A DNA stretch of 64,000 nt, taken from an uncultured Methanosarcinaceae archaeon (GTDB taxonomy: Archaea > Halobacteriota > Methanosarcinia > Methanosarcinales > Methanosarcinaceae). The position numbers and the translations under genes are program-made. Location: positions 18,858 through 82,857 of the forward strand of contig CAWJYV010000006.1 in NCBI GenBank assembly GCA_963847185.1, written 5' to 3'. The notes below the pieces were generated by a model. That model was given only the letters and a program-made list of their open reading frames with translations. It did no database searches and had not been told where the DNA came from. Positions 61,775-64,000 of this stretch are shown here, piece after piece (the first letter of the stretch is position 1; each line of letters starts with the position of its first letter).

Positions 61775-61950
61775 ATCCAAAGCCTGACAGCAGGATCTCC
61801 GAAAATCATGCAGTTCTGTACATCGCTGCGGACTATGAATGTATCAACCAGTCAGTTCAAAGTAATTTGCTTTCTTTAATCTTATATTAATCTTCCAGTT
61901 TTCATTCCAGGTAGGAAATTCTTTCATGTCTATTATTTCCAACTGAGAAA
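61775..61950 (-). pseudogene. C-terminal remnant of a C25/gingipain-like caspase-fold peptidase
   Basis: Minus strand reads ...RSDVQNCMIFGDPAVRL at ~61778-61830. Confidence 0.45.
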
Positions 61951-61973
61951 CACGGTAAGAGATTTAGAGCCTA

Positions 61974-62801
61974 TTAGTATTGGGAGTTTCTCGTGGTAGC
62001 TTTTGTCTCTAGCTGGGGTGTCTGAGAGTATTTACCCTTTTTGAGATCAGTCCTCACTCTGGCAAGTAGTTCCTTACGGCTCAGCTTATCCTGGTTCTCG
62101 TTTATGTTCTTACACAGATAATATGTGAAGGCTCCGTGCCAAGTTCCATCTATTATGGCATCTGCGCTGGTTTGATCAGACCTGCATCCGGCCCAAAGTA
62201 TCTGCGAGCTCAGCCCCTTTTGTTTAAGCGATTCGGCCATTCCCCTGGGCATGCACTCGCTCACCTGTTCGAAGGCTTCCAGGGATGGTGGTGGTAGGAA
62301 TCTGGGTTTTCGATCAAGCAAGAAATCCATGGCTCTCAAACCTGTGCCACTGTGGCAAGTATCAAAGTAGCACTCCAAAAGCGCTGTCTTTGGGAGTTGG
62401 GTGAAAAGATTATAGAGTTCATCATCGGTGATAATGTGATCTGGGTCCCATATAGAGCCCTTCTGGGTCAGGTCAGTCGGGCAGAAAGCCTCATCTGCCT
62501 TATCTGGCTCATCCCCATTCTGGTCTGAAGTCTGAGTACCATGGCTTGAGAAGCTGAATACCAGATATTTGTATTTGCCCTCATTTGCCCCATTTACCAT
62601 TTCAATAAGATTTTCCATGATATTTTCCTTCGTAGCCTGTTCATCGACCAGCCTGACAATATCTTCATCTTCAAAACCCTTATATTTTTTTAAGATAGAT
62701 GTCATGTCTTCCGTGTCGTTTACACATATCCAGTTCAATTTGATTGAGGAAGATTCTGAAATTTGTTTATTCCAACACAAAGAGACTTTTTTGTCTGTCA
62801 T
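61974..62801 (-). CDS. Metacaspase (peptidase C14) with scrambled N-terminus
   Basis: FSFSSHGTQ, DEPDKADEAFCP.D, FDTCHSGT, GCRSDQTSADA, GAFT, QTPQL. Confidence 0.9.
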   Translation of the reverse strand: MTDKKVSLCWNKQISESSSIKLNWICVNDTEDMTSILKKYKGFEDEDIVRLVDEQATKENIMENLIEMVNGANEGKYKYLVFSFSSHGTQTSDQNGDEPDKADEAFCPTDLTQKGSIWDPDHIITDDELYNLFTQLPKTALLECYFDTCHSGTGLRAMDFLLDRKPRFLPPPSLEAFEQVSECMPRGMAESLKQKGLSSQILWAGCRSDQTSADAIIDGTWHGAFTYYLCKNINENQDKLSRKELLARVRTDLKKGKYSQTPQLETKATTRNSQY

Positions 62802-62861
62802 AAAATACCTCCTTTAATGTCTGTCAAGTGATGACTTAATCACCGTAATTTTAAAAAAATT

Positions 62862-64000
62862 AGGACTTACGCATTTGCCTGCTTTGCAGGCAACTTTTTA
62901 ATTTTCTTAATTTTTAATCCAAATTATATATTGGGTTTCTTATAAATTGATTAACAGCGTTTCTTGTAATGTTCCACTTTGTTTCAAACCATGTAATTCC
63001 TGTTTTTATTCTTTGCATTTCAAATCTTAGAAATGCTCTTATCGTCATCATAATGTGTGCTCTCTGTACACTATTTCTTCTTGCCTGACAGCGTTCAACT
63101 CCACAAAACTGCTTTATTCCTCTATGATACTCTTCAATTTTCCAGGCTTTCTTTGCCAGGTCTTTCCTTTTTTCTTCCTTCATATCCAGTACATCTGTAG
63201 CCCAGTATTGCGTGTCTCCATCTTCGGAAACTATCCGAAATACTTTAATAAAGCCATATTCTTTCAGATGAACCGTCATTCCTTCTGGTGGAATAGTTAA
63301 CAATTCAATTGCTACATTACCAGTCTTATCAGGGTTAACTAATCGGTTTTTCTTCAACCTTGTTAACCAGTGCCATCCTTTTTTCCTGATTTCTTTGAGA
63401 TTCTTTATGCTGGAATACCACGTATCAAACAGAACAAATTCAGGTCTAAAACCACGTTCTTCTGCCTTATTCAACATATCAAGGAAATGATCATTTTTTG
63501 TTTTTCCATCAGTATCTATATCGTAAATTCTAAAGTCAACAGGGATTATAGCGTCATTATAGGTCCAGACAACGGTTTCAAGATTGATGCCATTTACAAT
63601 CTGATGATGTTTACCACTCCATTGTCTGTAAACAAGATCAATGTGTTTGGAATAAGGTTTATCCAGAACAGTATCATCGATAATAAGAAATCCAGTGTAA
63701 GGAGTGACAAAATCCTTTACTTCTTCCCATAAAGCCTCCGTATCCGGAGGCTGCCTTAGAAGAAGACGAGTAAAAGAGTCATGAGCTGGACTATTAGAGT
63801 CTATATAACTGCACTTAGAAGCTTCGGTACAGCTAAATACGCGTGAAGAAGCGATAAGAAAGTTGATGTAATCAAGTTCAGTGCATTTAGGAGGATTTAT
63901 TTAATTCAACTCAGAGATTTTTTTTTGATTATATTTATATAATATATTAAAAAAAGTATTTTAATGTGACTTACGAAAAGTGCTTCAACCGCGTAAGTCC
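62862..64000 (-). mobile_element. IS701-family insertion sequence (far end at the window edge)
   Basis: TIR AGGACTTACGCA / CGCGTAAGTCC flanking a DDE transposase. Confidence 0.88.
62914..63900 (-). CDS. IS701-family transposase; frame open to 63900 but begins with ATA
   Basis: (I)NPPKC...IIDDTVLDKPY...VLFDTWY...WKIEEYHRGIKQFCGVERCQAR; 328 codons with no internal stop. Confidence 0.85.
   Translation of the reverse strand: MNPPKCTELDYINFLIASSRVFSCTEASKCSYIDSNSPAHDSFTRLLLRQPPDTEALWEEVKDFVTPYTGFLIIDDTVLDKPYSKHIDLVYRQWSGKHHQIVNGINLETVVWTYNDAIIPVDFRIYDIDTDGKTKNDHFLDMLNKAEERGFRPEFVLFDTWYSSIKNLKEIRKKGWHWLTRLKKNRLVNPDKTGNVAIELLTIPPEGMTVHLKEYGFIKVFRIVSEDGDTQYWATDVLDMKEEKRKDLAKKAWKIEEYHRGIKQFCGVERCQARRNSVQRAHIMMTIRAFLRFEMQRIKTGITWFETKWNITRNAVNQFIRNPIYNLD

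Overview
Archaeal DNA, almost certainly Methanosarcina (MC1 chromatin protein, frhADGB, DNRLRE/PKD surface proteins, archaeal TopA and Tsr3). Layout: (1) 0-13.7 kb AT-rich accessory/defence island in decay, with candidate sRNAs, HicAB and DUF433-PIN toxin-antitoxin modules, HEPN-like and PD-(D/E)xK genes, an IS1634 remnant and MITEs; (2) 13.8-17.4 kb GC-rich F420-reducing hydrogenase operon with a frameshift in frhG; (3) 18.8-34 kb large surface proteins, MC1, several unannotated small ORFs, a multi-hairpin ncRNA candidate and a frameshifted inositol-polyphosphate-kinase-like gene; (4) 34.7-52.3 kb mostly intact housekeeping genes; (5) 52.8-64 kb accessory region ending in a co-oriented cluster of caspase-fold proteases plus a nuclease (metacaspase, C25-like remnant, CHAT remnant, 929-aa CHAT protein with repeated RGE linker motifs, SNase-like nuclease) next to an IS701 element. 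The best candidates for new biology are that protease-nuclease cluster, the archaeal IPK homologue, and a twice-occurring architecture of a conserved ~100-bp element followed by two tandem hairpin sRNA units. All family calls come from motifs recognised by eye; no searches were run.
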